Shown here one piece after another: positions 63,045-64,000 of a DNA stretch of 64,000 nt. The stretch is taken from IMG/VR virus record IMGVR_UViG_3300046786_000304, positions 1 through 64,000 of that record; one strand, written 5' to 3'. Origin of the DNA: a virus. Lineage: Duplodnaviria > Caudoviricetes. A model generated the notes under the pieces. The model ran no database searches. It was not told the origin of the DNA and was given only the letters and a program-made list of their open reading frames with translations. Numbering within the stretch: position 1 is the stretch's first letter; each line of letters begins with the position of its first letter. Made by a program: the position numbers and the translations under genes.

Positions 63045-63976
63045 AAATTTGTAAAATTTCTATTGTTAAATGGGATAGTCATTTGGTAAGCAGATATCAA
63101 TTGCTTAATACCATAGTCCAAATCAAACATAGGTTTCCATCCCAAACTTTCTAACTTAGCGTTAGAAACTATGTAATTGCGTTTGTCAAAGTCTTGTTTG
63201 AATTCGTCTTGTTTAATTACTAATGCTGGAATGTGATCTTTAATCTTTTCAGCCAGTTCTAGCTTACTTAAATTTGCTGAGCTCAATCCAACATTATATA
63301 CTTGTCCCCGACATTTGTCATAATTATCAATCATGAATTCAAATGTACGGGCAATGTCCTGTACGTGAATATAATTACGTTTAAAGTTTGCTTCAAACAA
63401 TACCATATATCCATCCACTACTGCTTTATAAACAAAATCATTGACCAGCAAATCTTGACGCATACGTGGACTTACACCAAATACTGTAGCAAGTCTAAGG
63501 ATAACTCCATTGCCCTTTTTAAGCACATAATCTTCGGCATCGCATTTGGTCTGTGCGTACAAGCTTAGTGGTTTAAATGGGCTTTCTTCGGTGATGATAT
63601 CTTCACTGCTTCCATACTGACTATTGGTATTAGGCAATATCAGCATTTGATCATCACGTAGTACATCCACTACATTTTTAATTTGTTCGTAGTTAACTTG
63701 TACAGTTAATTCTGGATTGGCTTTACAAGCAGGCATGCCAACAATAGCTGCCAAAGGAATAACAACATCAGCCAAGCTGACTTGTTCTGTTAATAAATCT
63801 TTGTCCCTGACATCACCCGCAATGAAATGAAACTTGGGCTGTTTAAAAAGATGTAGTAAACTTGTTTGTTTATACATAAGGTTATCTAATACGGTAACCC
63901 TATGTCCTTTAAACAATAAATGTTCTGCTAGCGTAGAGCCTAGATAGCCAGCTCCGCCTGTAATTAAAATTTTCAT
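63041..63976 (-). CDS. NAD-dependent epimerase/dehydratase (extended SDR)
   Basis: ITGGAGYLGS, PLAAIVG, YAQTK, LRLATVFG, RNYIHV. Confidence 0.93.
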   Translation of the reverse strand: MKILITGGAGYLGSTLAEHLLFKGHRVTVLDNLMYKQTSLLHLFKQPKFHFIAGDVRDKDLLTEQVSLADVVIPLAAIVGMPACKANPELTVQVNYEQIKNVVDVLRDDQMLILPNTNSQYGSSEDIITEESPFKPLSLYAQTKCDAEDYVLKKGNGVILRLATVFGVSPRMRQDLLVNDFVYKAVVDGYMVLFEANFKRNYIHVQDIARTFEFMIDNYDKCRGQVYNVGLSSANLSKLELAEKIKDHIPALVIKQDEFKQDFDKRNYIVSNAKLESLGWKPMFDLDYGIKQLISAYQMTIPFNNRNFTNL

Positions 63977-64000
63977 GGTTTGCTATTTGGATCGTATTGA

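Noticed and set aside
614-63568. The many antisense or off-frame ORFs in the track (e.g. 614..886-, 4154..4576-, 18530..18889-, 25326..25670-, 49006..49452+, 55073..55408+)
   Set aside because: They lie wholly within well-supported genes, lack SD sites and motifs, and read as shadow frames.
1-64000. Cellular chromosome, prophage or eukaryotic giant-virus origin
   Set aside because: Dense small ORFs, gp43-like polymerase, T4-type RNase H, SD sites, sigma70 and TATAAATA boxes fit a bacteriophage; no integrase, rRNA or housekeeping operons are seen. A plasmid or unusual element cannot be excluded without virion genes.
1-64000. CRISPR array, tRNA/rRNA genes, IS elements, introns or inteins
   Set aside because: No regularly spaced repeats, cloverleaf-like intergenic segments or transposase motifs were seen by eye. 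Polymerase, ThyX, MetK and RNase H are uninterrupted and of normal length. tRNAscan and Infernal were not run.
1-64000. Alternative genetic code (stop-codon reassignment)
   Set aside because: Standard-code ORFs tile the window almost without gaps, and known enzymes are full length.
63983-64000. 3' end of an upstream minus-strand gene (...SIRSK*)
   Set aside because: Only six codons are visible and the frame cannot be established.

Overview
This window is most likely a 64-kb piece of a large lytic dsDNA phage genome with T4-like features: a family-B DNA polymerase, T4-type RNase H, ThyX, sigma70-type TTGACA-N17-TATAAT promoters and T4-late-like TAAATA boxes. No virion, integrase, tRNA or CRISPR features were recognised. 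The left half (1-34.3 kb, mostly + strand) holds replication and nucleotide genes and a 7-deazaguanine DNA-modification set (DpdA-like TGT fold, QueD-like T-fold with LxxxHRHxF, FolE, QueE; no QueC in the window). Interleaved with that set are a GT-B glycosyltransferase, two sugar-type oxidoreductases, a PP-loop protein, a cytidylyltransferase, a UDP-sugar dehydrogenase and a STAS-less SulP. MetK, Dps, a block of small early genes and a MoxR-AAA/VWA pair are also on this side. The right half (34.3-64 kb, mostly - strand, tightly overlapping genes) is a tailoring-enzyme array: 12 SPASM/Twitch-type radical-SAM genes in three subtypes (a 13th sits alone at 25.8-26.8 kb), five of the window's six SGNH-like proteins, three tandem GT-A-like paralogs, a methyltransferase-like protein, a carbamoyltransferase, two 2OG-Fe(II) oxygenases, a TPP-enzyme domain and an epimerase. 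The best candidates for undescribed biology are (i) this radical-SAM/SGNH/glycosyltransferase array and (ii) a possibly sugar-decorated 7-deazaguanine. All functional calls come from reading motifs by eye; no database search was run. Several starts were moved from the ORF track using SD sites or stop/start overlaps.
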